Counted from the stretch's first letter, positions 25,161-35,227 are shown. The stretch: 64,000 nt of DNA from an uncultured Chlamydiales bacterium (GCA_963700985.1 OY969554.1:1472001-1536000); one strand, 5' to 3'. Numbers and translations: made by a program. The notes: generated by a model not told the origin, from the sequence alone.

Positions 25161-27794
25161 CTAGCTTACTTTTTTGCCGTTGTCATATTTGGTTTCGACA
25201 CAGACGCCTTGGCGATCATAAGCTTTTTTGACCCCATGCAGCTGGTCATTGAGGAAAGTTTGTAGCAGGCGCGGCTTGCCATCATCGAAATATTTATTAA
25301 ACTTGCCGTGACGCTTTCCAAGCTTATATTCGCCTTCGAACACGAGAATGCCTTCGGCATTCCACTCTGAACATGTGCCATTCAACTCTCCATGTGTATA
25401 ACGGAAAATTGAAACGAGTTTGCCATCTTCAAACCAGGTCTTCTCTTCACCTTCTTTTAGATCGTCGATAAAGATGGATTCTTTAAAGACATTTCCATTT
25501 GGGAAGTATTGCAGAGTTGGGCCACTTTTCTTGTCTTGTTTGAATTCGACGCTCATGAATAAGTGCCCTTGAGGGCTGAAGACTTTCGCAGCTCCATCTT
25601 TCACCCCATGTTGGAAGAAAGTGCTGGAGACTTTGGTACCGGCTTCATTGTATTCACTGAGTTCGCCGTGAGGCTTGTCATCGACAAAGTTCACTTCGAG
25701 CGCCTTCACCTTTCCAAAGAATTCGTGTGGTTTATAGTAAACCTCATGCAAGCCATCGCGCTTGTTATTCTTGTAATGATAGACGATCTCTCGGCCTTCA
25801 CGATTCAGCTCGTAAAAGCGGCCATTGAGTTTACCTTTCTCATAAAAGGACTCTTCAGCAAGGTTACCATCTGGATCCCAGAGGGCTTTAACCCCATTCA
25901 GCTCGCCATTATCATATACAATCACTGTCTGGGTTACTCCGTCTGGGTAGAAAGTCTTCTGCTCTCCATGAAGCTTGCCCTGCTCGTTATAGGTATAACG
26001 CTTGGCGATCTTTTGCGCTTTCTTGCCTTCGGCAATCTCTTTCGGAAAGTATTCGATCTGCTCTCCTGCAGGAATACCCATCTTGTAATTTTTGATCAAC
26101 CAGGGAGACCCATCTTCATACCAGGTCTGGACTGTGCCATCGGCTTGTCCATTTTTATAGAATGCAATCGAACGCTTCTGGCCGTTCTCATAATACTCTT
26201 CGCCTTTGCCGTGCTGCTTTCCTTTAACAAATTCCATGACTTCTTTGGGTCGCATTTTCCCATACCAAGTGCGTACGAGGCCTTCGGGCAGATCATTTTC
26301 AAAACGCGCTTCGAAAATTAGCTCGCCTTTTTCATTCCATTCGCGATGAAGCTCTTCGCGCTTTCCTTGCACAAAAGTGCCTTCAGCTTTAGGCGTGCCA
26401 TTTTGATGCCACTCTTTTCTAACTTGGCTCAGCAGTCCATTTTGATAGTGCTCTTCCTGCAGGCATTGGCCATTTTCACTCCACTCTTTGCAATCGCCTT
26501 GTTTAATTCCGCTAGCCAGTTGATAAGCAATGGCCGGCTTGCCATTTTCAAACCACTCTTCATATTGTCCATCTTGCAAGCCATCTTTATAAGTGGCATG
26601 CATCTTGAGCTGTCCAGAGGGGAAATACTCTTGCTGCTTACCTTCAAACTTGCCTTTTGCATAGAAATAATCTGTTTTGATCTGGCCATTTGGATACCAT
26701 TCACGAAAAGCGCCATCGCGGGCATCGCCCACAAGGAGATATTCTGCAATTTTTTGCCCATCGGCACTATATTCAACAATTGGCTCTACCAGCTTTCCTT
26801 CAGCATCATAAATTGCCAGATAAGAAGGCTTGCCGTTGATATGATTTTTCCAATGTTTACCAAACTTCAGTCCATCTTTATATTCACCTTCGCCAATGAG
26901 TTTGCCATCTTCAGCAAAGTATTGTTCTTTGCTATGCTTTTTGCCTTTTTTATAGACGACTTTGTAACTCTCTTTGCCATTGGAATGGTATTTAAAGTGC
27001 GTTCCCACAGGCTCGCCATCTTTAAAATCTTGAACTTCAAGCATTGAACGATCTTCGGCATAGACGATTACGGCGGGGTTCTGCCCATCGGAGTGAAGTA
27101 GGCCATTGGTGTATCGGCGGCTAGCTTTCAGAGCTCCATTGTCATACCACTCGAGCGCATTGCCATGCGGCACCCCATTTTCATAGGGGATTAAAGCAAT
27201 ACGGACGCCTTTTGGGGTGTAGCGGCTAAACTCTCCGATGAGTTTTCCTTCCTGATAAGAGCCCTCTTCGGCTTTGGAGCCATCTTCGTGATAAGAGATC
27301 ATGGGGCCATGACGCTGCCCGTTTTTAAAGGCTGCGCTACCGCGGGCTTGACCTGAAGGATAGTTAATATGCAGTTCTCCATGGAGAAGACCTTTTTCAT
27401 AGGTGGCGATCTTTTCTACCTTTCCATTAGAAAAGAAAGAGACGCTGATGCCGTGAGGCACAACTGCGCTTTTCCATTCTTGGAAGCCCGGCGAGTTCTC
27501 TTGAACGACGACGAGATCCATCTCATTCTTCAACTGACCGCTGCTATAAAATCTCTGCTGTTTAACGGGAATTTTCTCTTCTTTTTCGTTCAGATCGAAA
27601 AAGAGAACGCGTTCAGGATTGCCATTCGGATAAGTCTGGACAATCTGCGGTCTCCAATGAGGCTGTCTGGGTTGAAGGGCAATGACTATCGGTGCGGATC
27701 CAGTATTCTGTTGCTCCTCGGCACTGAGTAGAGCTGTGAAACAGAATAAGGAGAGAACGAGAGTGGCAACCTTCTGCATACTTGAAAACCCCAT
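25161..27794 (-). CDS. exported MORN-variant repeat protein (YwqK-like)
   Basis: Signal peptide; dozens of ~23-aa repeats of the form YxxGxxxG...Y(Y/F)xNG. Confidence 0.85.
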   Translation of the reverse strand: MGFSSMQKVATLVLSLFCFTALLSAEEQQNTGSAPIVIALQPRQPHWRPQIVQTYPNGNPERVLFFDLNEKEEKIPVKQQRFYSSGQLKNEMDLVVVQENSPGFQEWKSAVVPHGISVSFFSNGKVEKIATYEKGLLHGELHINYPSGQARGSAAFKNGQRHGPMISYHEDGSKAEEGSYQEGKLIGEFSRYTPKGVRIALIPYENGVPHGNALEWYDNGALKASRRYTNGLLHSDGQNPAVIVYAEDRSMLEVQDFKDGEPVGTHFKYHSNGKESYKVVYKKGKKHSKEQYFAEDGKLIGEGEYKDGLKFGKHWKNHINGKPSYLAIYDAEGKLVEPIVEYSADGQKIAEYLLVGDARDGAFREWYPNGQIKTDYFYAKGKFEGKQQEYFPSGQLKMHATYKDGLQDGQYEEWFENGKPAIAYQLASGIKQGDCKEWSENGQCLQEEHYQNGLLSQVRKEWHQNGTPKAEGTFVQGKREELHREWNEKGELIFEARFENDLPEGLVRTWYGKMRPKEVMEFVKGKQHGKGEEYYENGQKRSIAFYKNGQADGTVQTWYEDGSPWLIKNYKMGIPAGEQIEYFPKEIAEGKKAQKIAKRYTYNEQGKLHGEQKTFYPDGVTQTVIVYDNGELNGVKALWDPDGNLAEESFYEKGKLNGRFYELNREGREIVYHYKNNKRDGLHEVYYKPHEFFGKVKALEVNFVDDKPHGELSEYNEAGTKVSSTFFQHGVKDGAAKVFSPQGHLFMSVEFKQDKKSGPTLQYFPNGNVFKESIFIDDLKEGEEKTWFEDGKLVSIFRYTHGELNGTCSEWNAEGILVFEGEYKLGKRHGKFNKYFDDGKPRLLQTFLNDQLHGVKKAYDRQGVCVETKYDNGKKVS

Positions 27795-27877
27795 TTGAAA
27801 ACCCCATTAAAAAATAATTTTACTCTGACAAACAATCGAAAGTTCAGAATAGGGGAATAGGGGGATTAGAGACAAGA

Positions 27878-27905
27878 AAGACTGCTCCTATGAGAGAGCA
27901 GTCTT
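27878..27905 (-). terminator. intrinsic terminator
   Basis: AAGACTGCTC-N8-GAGCAGTCTT perfect 10-bp stem just after the stop at 27914. Confidence 0.65.
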
Positions 27906-27913
27906 AAAAAAAT

Positions 27914-28294
27914 TTAAGCCATGAACGCGAACCAGACAAGCAGAAGGCCCCAAACGAGTGGAATGATTCCACGGGCTTGAAGAATTTTCTGATCTGATAA
28001 GCCAGCTTTAATTGCATACTCTGGTGCAAAGAGAGTTACAACCCCTCTTAGCAAGAGAGCCCAACCTAACAAAGTGACCAGCAGAGTCGCATCTCTGAAC
28101 CACATGTTGTATTGGTGGATGATAATAAGTCCCAACAGCATGTTGATGATCGAGCGTAGGAACATTACTGAGGGTGTGCTCTTAATCGAGGTATAAGTCT
28201 TCATCAGACTATCTCGATGTGTGAGCATCCAGATTCCAAGAATGGTCAAAAATGGACCAAAAATGGTTGCAATCCAAATAGCATTTTGAAACAT
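27914..28294 (-). CDS. 4-TM small membrane protein (tandem paralog 1)
   Basis: 126 aa, four hydrophobic segments; similar to the neighbour (NAIxIAxxFGP, YNxW, LxTLLGWAxLxRG, IPLxWGL). Confidence 0.8.
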   Translation of the reverse strand: MFQNAIWIATIFGPFLTILGIWMLTHRDSLMKTYTSIKSTPSVMFLRSIINMLLGLIIIHQYNMWFRDATLLVTLLGWALLLRGVVTLFAPEYAIKAGLSDQKILQARGIIPLVWGLLLVWFAFMA

Positions 28295-28304
28295 CGGTAT
28301 ACCT

Positions 28305-28685
28305 CTATTTTAAAAACGCAAACCAGCACAGTGCAAGTCCCCAAAGGAGAGGAATAACACACAGTACTTTCATTTCAGACTTCTCAGACCCCATACATTT
28401 GAAACAAACATGTGGCCAAAACAGCATTAAGATCCCTCTGATCAACATTGCCCAACCGAGCAGCGTGATGAGCAGAGAAGGCTGCCACACCCAAACGTTA
28501 TAACTTACGATGATTGCGATACCCAACAGAACTTGCAAAGCACCTTTTAGGTACAAAGCACCTGCAGTGTTTTTAAAAGATGTCATCACTTTATGACAAT
28601 GCTCACCATAGGTAAGCTTCCAAAAGCCTAAAATGACCATCAATGGGCCAAATACGCTTGCGATAAAAATAGCATTCTCCATCAT
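28305..28685 (-). CDS. 4-TM small membrane protein (tandem paralog 2)
   Basis: 126 aa, same motifs as the paralog; GGAGG RBS. Confidence 0.8.
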   Translation of the reverse strand: MMENAIFIASVFGPLMVILGFWKLTYGEHCHKVMTSFKNTAGALYLKGALQVLLGIAIIVSYNVWVWQPSLLITLLGWAMLIRGILMLFWPHVCFKCMGSEKSEMKVLCVIPLLWGLALCWFAFLK

Positions 28686-28715
28686 ACACTTTCCTCCCGA
28701 GAGTTAAAAAAAAGA

Positions 28716-28762
28716 TTAGCACTCTAAACCTGACAGTAATTATTAAATTAATAATTTGTCAA
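28716..28762 (-). promoter_or_regulatory. promoter with palindrome and CIRCE-like operator
   Basis: Minus-strand TTGACA-N18-TACTGT; palindrome TGACA-gt-AATTATTAA-a-TTAATAATT-TGTCA; perfect CIRCE half-site TTAGCACTC at 28716-24. Confidence 0.45.
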
Positions 28763-28787
28763 CTGAAGAAATAAGAAAAGGAGGGAT

Positions 28788-29246
28788 CTATTTATGAATT
28801 TTGTCGTATCGGCCCATCAGCTCAGCCGAGGCTAAAATGTGGCCGGTCATAGCTTTTTCGACTTCGGATTTACTCGCCCCAGGAGGAAGCTGAAGAAGTG
28901 CATCTAATGCGTAAAGCTTTAAGAAGTAACGATGTTCGCGATCCGGAGGACATGGGCCCTGGTAGCCGAGTTTATTGCCTGTATTTTTTCCAGAAACGCC
29001 GGGAGGCGTAGAGTTTTCAGCGATGGATTTTACGGTTGGAGGAATATTATAAACCACCCAATGGTCCCACATGCACTCTTTGCGTACGGACGCGGGCACG
29101 TCAGGGTCGTCCATAATCAGCACTAAGCATTTAGCTTCGGATGGCACATCTACAAAAGATAGGGGTGGATTGATCCCAGGACCTTCGCAGGTGTATTTAG
29201 TCGGGATCTTGCCACCATTGTCGAAAGCTGAACTTGTGAGCTTCAT
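28788..29246 (-). CDS. YbhB/YbcL family Raf kinase inhibitor-like (PEBP) protein
   Basis: KYTCEG..INPPL, LIMDDPD, WDHWVVYNIP, YQGPCPP, HRYFLKLYALD. Confidence 0.92.
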   Translation of the reverse strand: MKLTSSAFDNGGKIPTKYTCEGPGINPPLSFVDVPSEAKCLVLIMDDPDVPASVRKECMWDHWVVYNIPPTVKSIAENSTPPGVSGKNTGNKLGYQGPCPPDREHRYFLKLYALDALLQLPPGASKSEVEKAMTGHILASAELMGRYDKIHK

Positions 29247-29259
29247 CTGTATAACCGTT

Positions 29260-29739
29260 TTACTTTTGAGCGTACTCTTTTAAAACTTTTATTTGAAGCG
29301 GATAGCGCAGATCGATCCAGCGCGCCTTCTCATCATCATGCAGCCCTATCCGTTTTGTAGGGCCAACTCTTCCTGAAGGCAGAATTGTTAGTGTGATCTT
29401 TTCGACTTTACGCTCTTCAAGGCTTAGGGATTTGATGCCTTTTAACTTTCCTTTGGGAAGTCGGCGCACAGCGTAGCTCGGCTCATCGGTGAAGAAGGCG
29501 TAGCTCAAAACATGATCTTTATCAGGCTTGATTTCCACCCCAAATTCGCTTTGATAACTCGAGGCGAGGCTCTGCATTCTTTTAAGGTCGGCAACAAAGG
29601 CAGAGATCGAGCTCTCAAAACGATGGTAGTCGATGGTCTCTTTGATCTTTATGCCCAAAAATCCAGAGGCCATCGCCAAGATAGCGATGCAGACGCAAAT
29701 TTCCAGTAAAGAAAATGGCCGTCTCTTAATCCTCGACAT
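29260..29739 (-). CDS. type II secretion minor pseudopilin-like protein
   Basis: Basic leader followed by FSLLEICVCIAIL (type IV pilin-like N-terminus). Confidence 0.75.
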   Translation of the reverse strand: MSRIKRRPFSLLEICVCIAILAMASGFLGIKIKETIDYHRFESSISAFVADLKRMQSLASSYQSEFGVEIKPDKDHVLSYAFFTDEPSYAVRRLPKGKLKGIKSLSLEERKVEKITLTILPSGRVGPTKRIGLHDDEKARWIDLRYPLQIKVLKEYAQK

Positions 29740-30130
29740 CTTGAATCTTGTTCTTCTTAATGCGGTAATCTTCGAGCTTGGCGGTAGTCACCTTGATATC
29801 ATCACCATTGGAGGTAACTGTAAAAGGATTTCCCCAGCCATCCTTCAACAGCTTCTCGGTGTTTTTAACAATCCCCGCATTTTTTAAATGATCTCCGGGT
29901 GCAGCAATTATGGCATCCATCGAAACTCCCTTGGCCAACTCTAGCAAAAGAAGGCTGCGGATCTGTTTCGCCGATTGATCGGATTTAAAGTAGCGGCCCT
30001 CATCGAGCGAGCCTTTCATATTATAGCCGATTACACTTCCAATCAGACCGATCAAGAAGATCACGATCATGATTTCGAGTAGAGTAAGCGGCTGTTTTTT
30101 TCTTTTTTTCTGACGCATATTAAACCTCAA
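29726..30130 (-). CDS. gspG: type II secretion major pseudopilin GspG-like
   Basis: LTLLEIMIVIFLIGLI and KDGWGNPF motifs; follows gspF. Confidence 0.75.
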   Translation of the reverse strand: MRFNMRQKKRKKQPLTLLEIMIVIFLIGLIGSVIGYNMKGSLDEGRYFKSDQSAKQIRSLLLLELAKGVSMDAIIAAPGDHLKNAGIVKNTEKLLKDGWGNPFTVTSNGDDIKVTTAKLEDYRIKKNKIQDVED

Positions 30131-30132
30131 AT

Positions 30133-31311
30133 TTAAGATAGAAATGAGCTGACATCGGTTAAAGGGAGTAGAATCGATAAGACGACCAGACCTACAATAG
30201 CTCCAAGCGTCATGAGCAGCACGGGTTGAAGAAAGGCCGTAAGCTGCATCAAATTCTTTTCTAACTCCTCATCATAGATCTCAGCGAGTTTATGAAAGAT
30301 ATGGCCCATTTTGCCTGTCTCTTCGGCGATGCCTAGCATACGTACGACGAGCGAGGGTATAAGCGGCGAGCGTTTAAGCTCTGCGCTAAGAGATTTTCCT
30401 TCTGCAATGCTCTGCTCTGATCTTTCGATCACCTCTTCGAGCAGCCTAAGCTTCATCGATCTGCGCGAAAGCTGCAGCGCATCGAGGAGTGGGATCCCTC
30501 CGTTAATCAGCAGAGAAGTGCATTGACAAAATCGTGTAAGAGAGGAGCGCACCATGAGTGTCTTTAAGAAGGGGATTTTTAAAAAATTCTTCTGCAAAAA
30601 AGCCTTTCCTTTCTCAGAGCGCAGCATCGTGATGATAAAAAATCCCGCTAGGCTGCTGCAAGCAAGAAAGAGCAGGCCATAAGAGTTGACCCAGCGACTA
30701 AGCCCCAATACAAACTGGGTAACAGGGTGCAGCTGACGTCCCTCGAATAGTTCTTGCATTGAAGGCACGACAAAGACCAGCAATCCCACAGTTACAAGCA
30801 CGCAGAAAACAAGCAGAATAGCAGGATAGGTCAGCGCGGCGATGAGCTGCTTGCGCAAGCGCTGCTGCCTTGAAATGAGTAAAGAGAGCTGTTGCATCAC
30901 CGCCGAAAGAGAGCCTCCCTGTTCGCCTGCCTTCACCAGCGCCAGATAGATGCCGTCGAAGCTCTTAGGATAGCGAGAGAGCGTGGATGAAAAGGAGGCG
31001 CCGCTTTTTAAACGATCGCAGAGATCTAAAAAGAGCGGGTGGCATTTGTGACTTCTATATTTTTCTTCAATCGTCAGCAAGCTCTCATAAAGTGGTAGCC
31101 CCGCTTCGAGCAGCTGAGCGAGCTCACGGGTAAAGGTAAGCAGGAGCGAGCGGTCGAGAATGATCTCTTTTTTCTCATTTAGCTTGAGATCGATCAGCAT
31201 GATCTGCTGCTTGAGGAGCCTCTCTTTTGCCAGAGCAAACGAGTCAGCGTCGATGACGCCGGTAATTTTCTTTCCGCTCTGGTTAAAAGCATGATATCGA
31301 AAAAGTGCCAT
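30133..31311 (-). CDS. gspF: type II secretion inner membrane platform protein
   Basis: FTRELAQLLEAGLPL, AGEQGG, ALTYP, IAEETG, LQP. Confidence 0.92.
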   Translation of the reverse strand: MALFRYHAFNQSGKKITGVIDADSFALAKERLLKQQIMLIDLKLNEKKEIILDRSLLLTFTRELAQLLEAGLPLYESLLTIEEKYRSHKCHPLFLDLCDRLKSGASFSSTLSRYPKSFDGIYLALVKAGEQGGSLSAVMQQLSLLISRQQRLRKQLIAALTYPAILLVFCVLVTVGLLVFVVPSMQELFEGRQLHPVTQFVLGLSRWVNSYGLLFLACSSLAGFFIITMLRSEKGKAFLQKNFLKIPFLKTLMVRSSLTRFCQCTSLLINGGIPLLDALQLSRRSMKLRLLEEVIERSEQSIAEGKSLSAELKRSPLIPSLVVRMLGIAEETGKMGHIFHKLAEIYDEELEKNLMQLTAFLQPVLLMTLGAIVGLVVLSILLPLTDVSSFLS

Positions 31312-32897
31312 TAGATAAGCCCCTCGTCACATCCGCGCGTGACACGCAAGACTTCAGCGGTGGTGGTGATTCCCTTAAGCACAATACGCGCGCCTTCGCT
31401 TCTTAAGCTCGCCATGCCTTGAGATAAGGCGATCCTACGCAGCTCTTCTGCATCGGCACTTTTAAGCAGCTGACGTTTTATGGCAGAGCTTACAATCATG
31501 AGCTCATAGATCCCCAGACGTCCTTTATAACCCGAATCGTAACAGTTATTGCACCCGTGCCCTTTGTAGAAAACCGCCTCGCTATGCTGATTTTCATCTA
31601 AGCCAAGTTCGATTAATTCAGCTGCAGTAGGCGTGTAAGAATGGCGACAATCTGGGCAGATAGCACGCACTAAGCGCTGAGCCAATACGGCGACTACGGA
31701 AGAAGAGAGCAGATAGGGCTCAATGCCCATATCGACCATGCGCGTTAAGGCCGATGGAGCGTCGTTCGTGTGCAGCGTGCTTAAAACTAAGTGGCCGGTA
31801 AGTGACGCTTGAATGGCGATCTCAGCGGTCTCTTTATCTCGAATCTCACCGATCATGATCACATCGGGATCTTGACGCAGAATATGTCTTAAACCCGTGG
31901 CAAAAGTGAGATGGATCTTCGAATTTACACCGATTTGCGCCATCCCTTGAAGTTTATACTCCACAGGATCTTCGATGGTCATGATATTGACCTCTTCCGA
32001 GCTGATCTCTGAGAGCGCACTATATAAGGTGGTAGTCTTTCCGCTTCCGGTGGGGCCTGTAACTAAGACAATTCCTTCACTTAGGGTGATCTGCTTGCTG
32101 AAAATCTCGAGAATCTCATCGCGCATACCGATCTTATTTACGCCTAGGATTACATTGCTTTTATCTAGAATACGCAGCACGATCCGCTCACCGAAAACTA
32201 CTGGGACGGTACTCACACGAAAATCGATCTGCCGTCCGCCCATCTTTAGCTTTATCCGTCCATCCTGGGGCAGGCGCTGCTCGGCGATATCGAGCCTGGC
32301 CATAACCTTAATACGGGTGATGATCTGCGATTGATATTCTCTAGGCGGCGCATGGCGCATCTGCAGCACACCATCGATGCGATAACGTACACCCAGGCCA
32401 TTTTCCAAAGGTTCGAAGTGGATATCTGAAGCGCCTTGGCCAATCGCTTCTTGAAGCATGGCATTCAGCATACGGATCACGGGCGAATCCCCCTGCTGCT
32501 CGAGCAGGTCATACCCTTCCGTTTCTATGCTCTCATCTTTTACAACCCCACCCTGAAGACTGGCGATTAGATCTGAGGCTTCATTTTCTTTTTGGTGATA
32601 GCAGCTCTCAATGGCTTCTTCAATCGCTGTTCTAGGCGCGAGCAATTCTTCTATGGTTTTTCCCAGCAAAATACGCGCCTCTTCAAGCGCTTCTAAATCA
32701 AGCGGGTCGCTTGTGGCGATGAGAATAAGCCCATCTTTTTCTGCTAAGGGTAAAAGGAGCGTTCGTTTCACGAACGCATAAGGAAGAAGCGAGCGCCTTT
32801 CTTGGACAAATGGAAATGCAGAAAGATCGGAGCTATATTCAACTCCAAAACGTTCTGCCCACTTAACTTGTTCATCCCATGTTACTTCTAAACTCAT
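31311..32897 (-). CDS. gspE: type II secretion ATPase
   Basis: ASDIHFEP, RLPQDGR, GPTGSGKTT, EDPVEY, LRQDPDVIMIGEIRD, tetracysteine motif. Confidence 0.95.
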   Translation of the reverse strand: MSLEVTWDEQVKWAERFGVEYSSDLSAFPFVQERRSLLPYAFVKRTLLLPLAEKDGLILIATSDPLDLEALEEARILLGKTIEELLAPRTAIEEAIESCYHQKENEASDLIASLQGGVVKDESIETEGYDLLEQQGDSPVIRMLNAMLQEAIGQGASDIHFEPLENGLGVRYRIDGVLQMRHAPPREYQSQIITRIKVMARLDIAEQRLPQDGRIKLKMGGRQIDFRVSTVPVVFGERIVLRILDKSNVILGVNKIGMRDEILEIFSKQITLSEGIVLVTGPTGSGKTTTLYSALSEISSEEVNIMTIEDPVEYKLQGMAQIGVNSKIHLTFATGLRHILRQDPDVIMIGEIRDKETAEIAIQASLTGHLVLSTLHTNDAPSALTRMVDMGIEPYLLSSSVVAVLAQRLVRAICPDCRHSYTPTAAELIELGLDENQHSEAVFYKGHGCNNCYDSGYKGRLGIYELMIVSSAIKRQLLKSADAEELRRIALSQGMASLRSEGARIVLKGITTTAEVLRVTRGCDEGLI

Positions 32898-35227
32898 CTG
32901 CTATTGGTAAAAAAAGTCTTCATGCTCTCTCTGAAGAATTTCTTTTTCTCCTTGTTGCGCGCTTCGACCATTTTATCCAAAAATTCTGGCACATCTCCAG
33001 CACGCTTTTTAAGCTCTTCGGTGCGGAACTGGTCGAGCTCATCTTTAGGATCTAAGATAATTTTAGGCGTAATGAAGAAGAACATTTCCGTGCTGTGATC
33101 GATAAGTTTTGTCGATCCAAAAAGCCGGCCTAAAACGGGGATAAACCCAAAGAAAGGAATCTTCTCTTCAGTATCGAGGCTAGATTTACGACGAAGGCCA
33201 CCGATAATTACCGTCTGGCCATCCACTACGCGGACCTCGTTCTGAATGTGTCTTTTATCAACAAGCGGACGATCATCAGGGCTAGGCTTTGTGGTATCAA
33301 ATGTAATATCCGTTTGCATGGTCACAAATCCTTTACCCTCGCTCGCATCTTCATCGTCATCGGGCAGGTGAACAGTGGGCGTCAAAACAATGGTAATTCC
33401 ATATTGGGCACGTGTGAACGACTTCTCAAATGCAATTCCCTTGTTTGTATCGATTGGAGCTGCGCCATTATTAATGGAGATCTCCTCAGTAATCGCGATC
33501 GTCGCAGGTGTCTGATTAACAGTTGTAAGCGATGGAGCTGCGTTTAGCTGGATATCTTCTTGGGTCATCAAAAAGTTATAGGCAAAGTCGAATGCGGGAA
33601 AATGCTTCGAGCTGCCTCCGCTGAAAAAGAAATCGAGCACGCCTCTTCCTATCGGGGCATTTGTCGATGTGAATTTGACATGGTTGGACTTGCTTCCTAA
33701 TTTTAATAAGTTAAGCCCATAGCTGTTGTTGTTGTTCAACCGCTTTTCAAAAAGCATCACCTCGATCTGCACCATCTTTTTCGGCACGTCGAGTTTACGC
33801 AAGAGTTCTTTGACTTTCGACAACGCGTCTCTGCGCACCACCATCAAAATTGTGCCGGTTTTTGGGTCGGGAATAAAGTGATCGGAACCCGCCTGTTCAT
33901 ATTCAATTTGTGAAGTCACCGTAGGCCTTGCCGGTGGAGGTGGATTGGCCGGGCCATTTGGAGCTGGGGCATAACCATCAGGAGGCCTGATGGCCGGAGC
34001 ATGCATGGAATAGTTAACTTCGTAATTTTCGCCTTCGCCTTCTGGCGCTGCATAGAGAAGCGATGTGTAAACCTTGTCTAACACTTTTGCTAGCTCAGAT
34101 GGATCGCTATGTCTACAAGCGTATAAAAAGACGGTCATTTCTGAAGGATCTTGCAGCTGATCTTCGGTTTCTTTGATGATCTTTTCAGCACGATCAACTA
34201 CGGCTTGTGAACCAACCAAAATAAGTGCTCTTCCTTGAGTGAGCGGGTGCACCGTTAGGCCATCACCTTCGATCTTTCCAAAAGGATTACGCGCTTTATC
34301 CAAAGAATCGGCGAAGAAAGAGTTAAGGATTTTTTCCATCTCTTTGACACTCATTTTTGAGATTGGAATGACGCGTGAGACCTTTCCTTTGTGTCCATCC
34401 CAAACGGTGTTATAAAGAGAGAGCATCCGCTCTACTTCTTCTTTTGAAGAGACGATGGCAATTTTGCTACCGAGCTGATAGACAAAACTCTGTTTGACAT
34501 CTGCAAATTTTTCTAAAAATTGGAAGACACTTTTAGCTTGTTCCACAGGAGGCGAAAGCAAGTAAAAGACGCGTGCATGTGAAGCGATACGCTGCAAATC
34601 GTCAGCGTTAGCTGCAATATTTTTTACGGAGGAGGGATCTTGCTTAAGTAAAAAGAGCTGTTTGGCATACGGATTGAGTTTTTTTACGCCGATGCCATTG
34701 TGCGACAAGATAATTTCAAGCACCTCATTCCAAGACTCGCGTGGAATCGGAATGTTTGAATGCATATTGAGTTTCAAAGAAGCCATTTCTGGGGGAACGA
34801 CATAGAGGTAATCCATCGCGCCGTATTCCATAATGAGCTGACCCAGCGTCGTCTCTTCTTGATCCCAAAGCGCATAACCCTCTTCTTCGTTCTTAGCATC
34901 GGCCACTGCCGCCTCTCGCCACTTTTCCTGGAGAGTAAGCATCCGGACTTTTAAACCACTTACATGCGAAAGCAGGATTGCATACTCTTCAGCATGCGCT
35001 TCCTTGTTATAGAGCTCCGCCGCTTTGACATAACACTCTTCTAACTCGCTGCGTAAAGAAACCATCTCATGGTTGACATTTTGCAACAGCTGATCAGTAG
35101 CGCCAGCTGAGCCTTCTTTTTTCTGGATACTTTGAGCTTTCTTTTCTTCAATACTCGCAGAAAAAACGCTCGATGAGAAAGCGCATAACAGAGCGACAGT
35201 CGTCCAAATTTTTAGATTTGCATTCAT
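32894..35227 (-). CDS. gspD: type II secretion secretin
   Basis: LDVPKKMVQIEV, VIIGGL, KIPFFGFIPVLGRLF, FFITPKI secretin motifs. Confidence 0.9.
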   Translation of the reverse strand: MNANLKIWTTVALLCAFSSSVFSASIEEKKAQSIQKKEGSAGATDQLLQNVNHEMVSLRSELEECYVKAAELYNKEAHAEEYAILLSHVSGLKVRMLTLQEKWREAAVADAKNEEEGYALWDQEETTLGQLIMEYGAMDYLYVVPPEMASLKLNMHSNIPIPRESWNEVLEIILSHNGIGVKKLNPYAKQLFLLKQDPSSVKNIAANADDLQRIASHARVFYLLSPPVEQAKSVFQFLEKFADVKQSFVYQLGSKIAIVSSKEEVERMLSLYNTVWDGHKGKVSRVIPISKMSVKEMEKILNSFFADSLDKARNPFGKIEGDGLTVHPLTQGRALILVGSQAVVDRAEKIIKETEDQLQDPSEMTVFLYACRHSDPSELAKVLDKVYTSLLYAAPEGEGENYEVNYSMHAPAIRPPDGYAPAPNGPANPPPPARPTVTSQIEYEQAGSDHFIPDPKTGTILMVVRRDALSKVKELLRKLDVPKKMVQIEVMLFEKRLNNNNSYGLNLLKLGSKSNHVKFTSTNAPIGRGVLDFFFSGGSSKHFPAFDFAYNFLMTQEDIQLNAAPSLTTVNQTPATIAITEEISINNGAAPIDTNKGIAFEKSFTRAQYGITIVLTPTVHLPDDDEDASEGKGFVTMQTDITFDTTKPSPDDRPLVDKRHIQNEVRVVDGQTVIIGGLRRKSSLDTEEKIPFFGFIPVLGRLFGSTKLIDHSTEMFFFITPKIILDPKDELDQFRTEELKKRAGDVPEFLDKMVEARNKEKKKFFRESMKTFFTNSR

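Noticed and set aside
25563-27731. Long plus-strand ORFs (252, 233 and 120 aa) opposite the MORN gene
   Set aside because: Antisense shadows of a repetitive gene with biased codons; no RBS or recognisable motifs.
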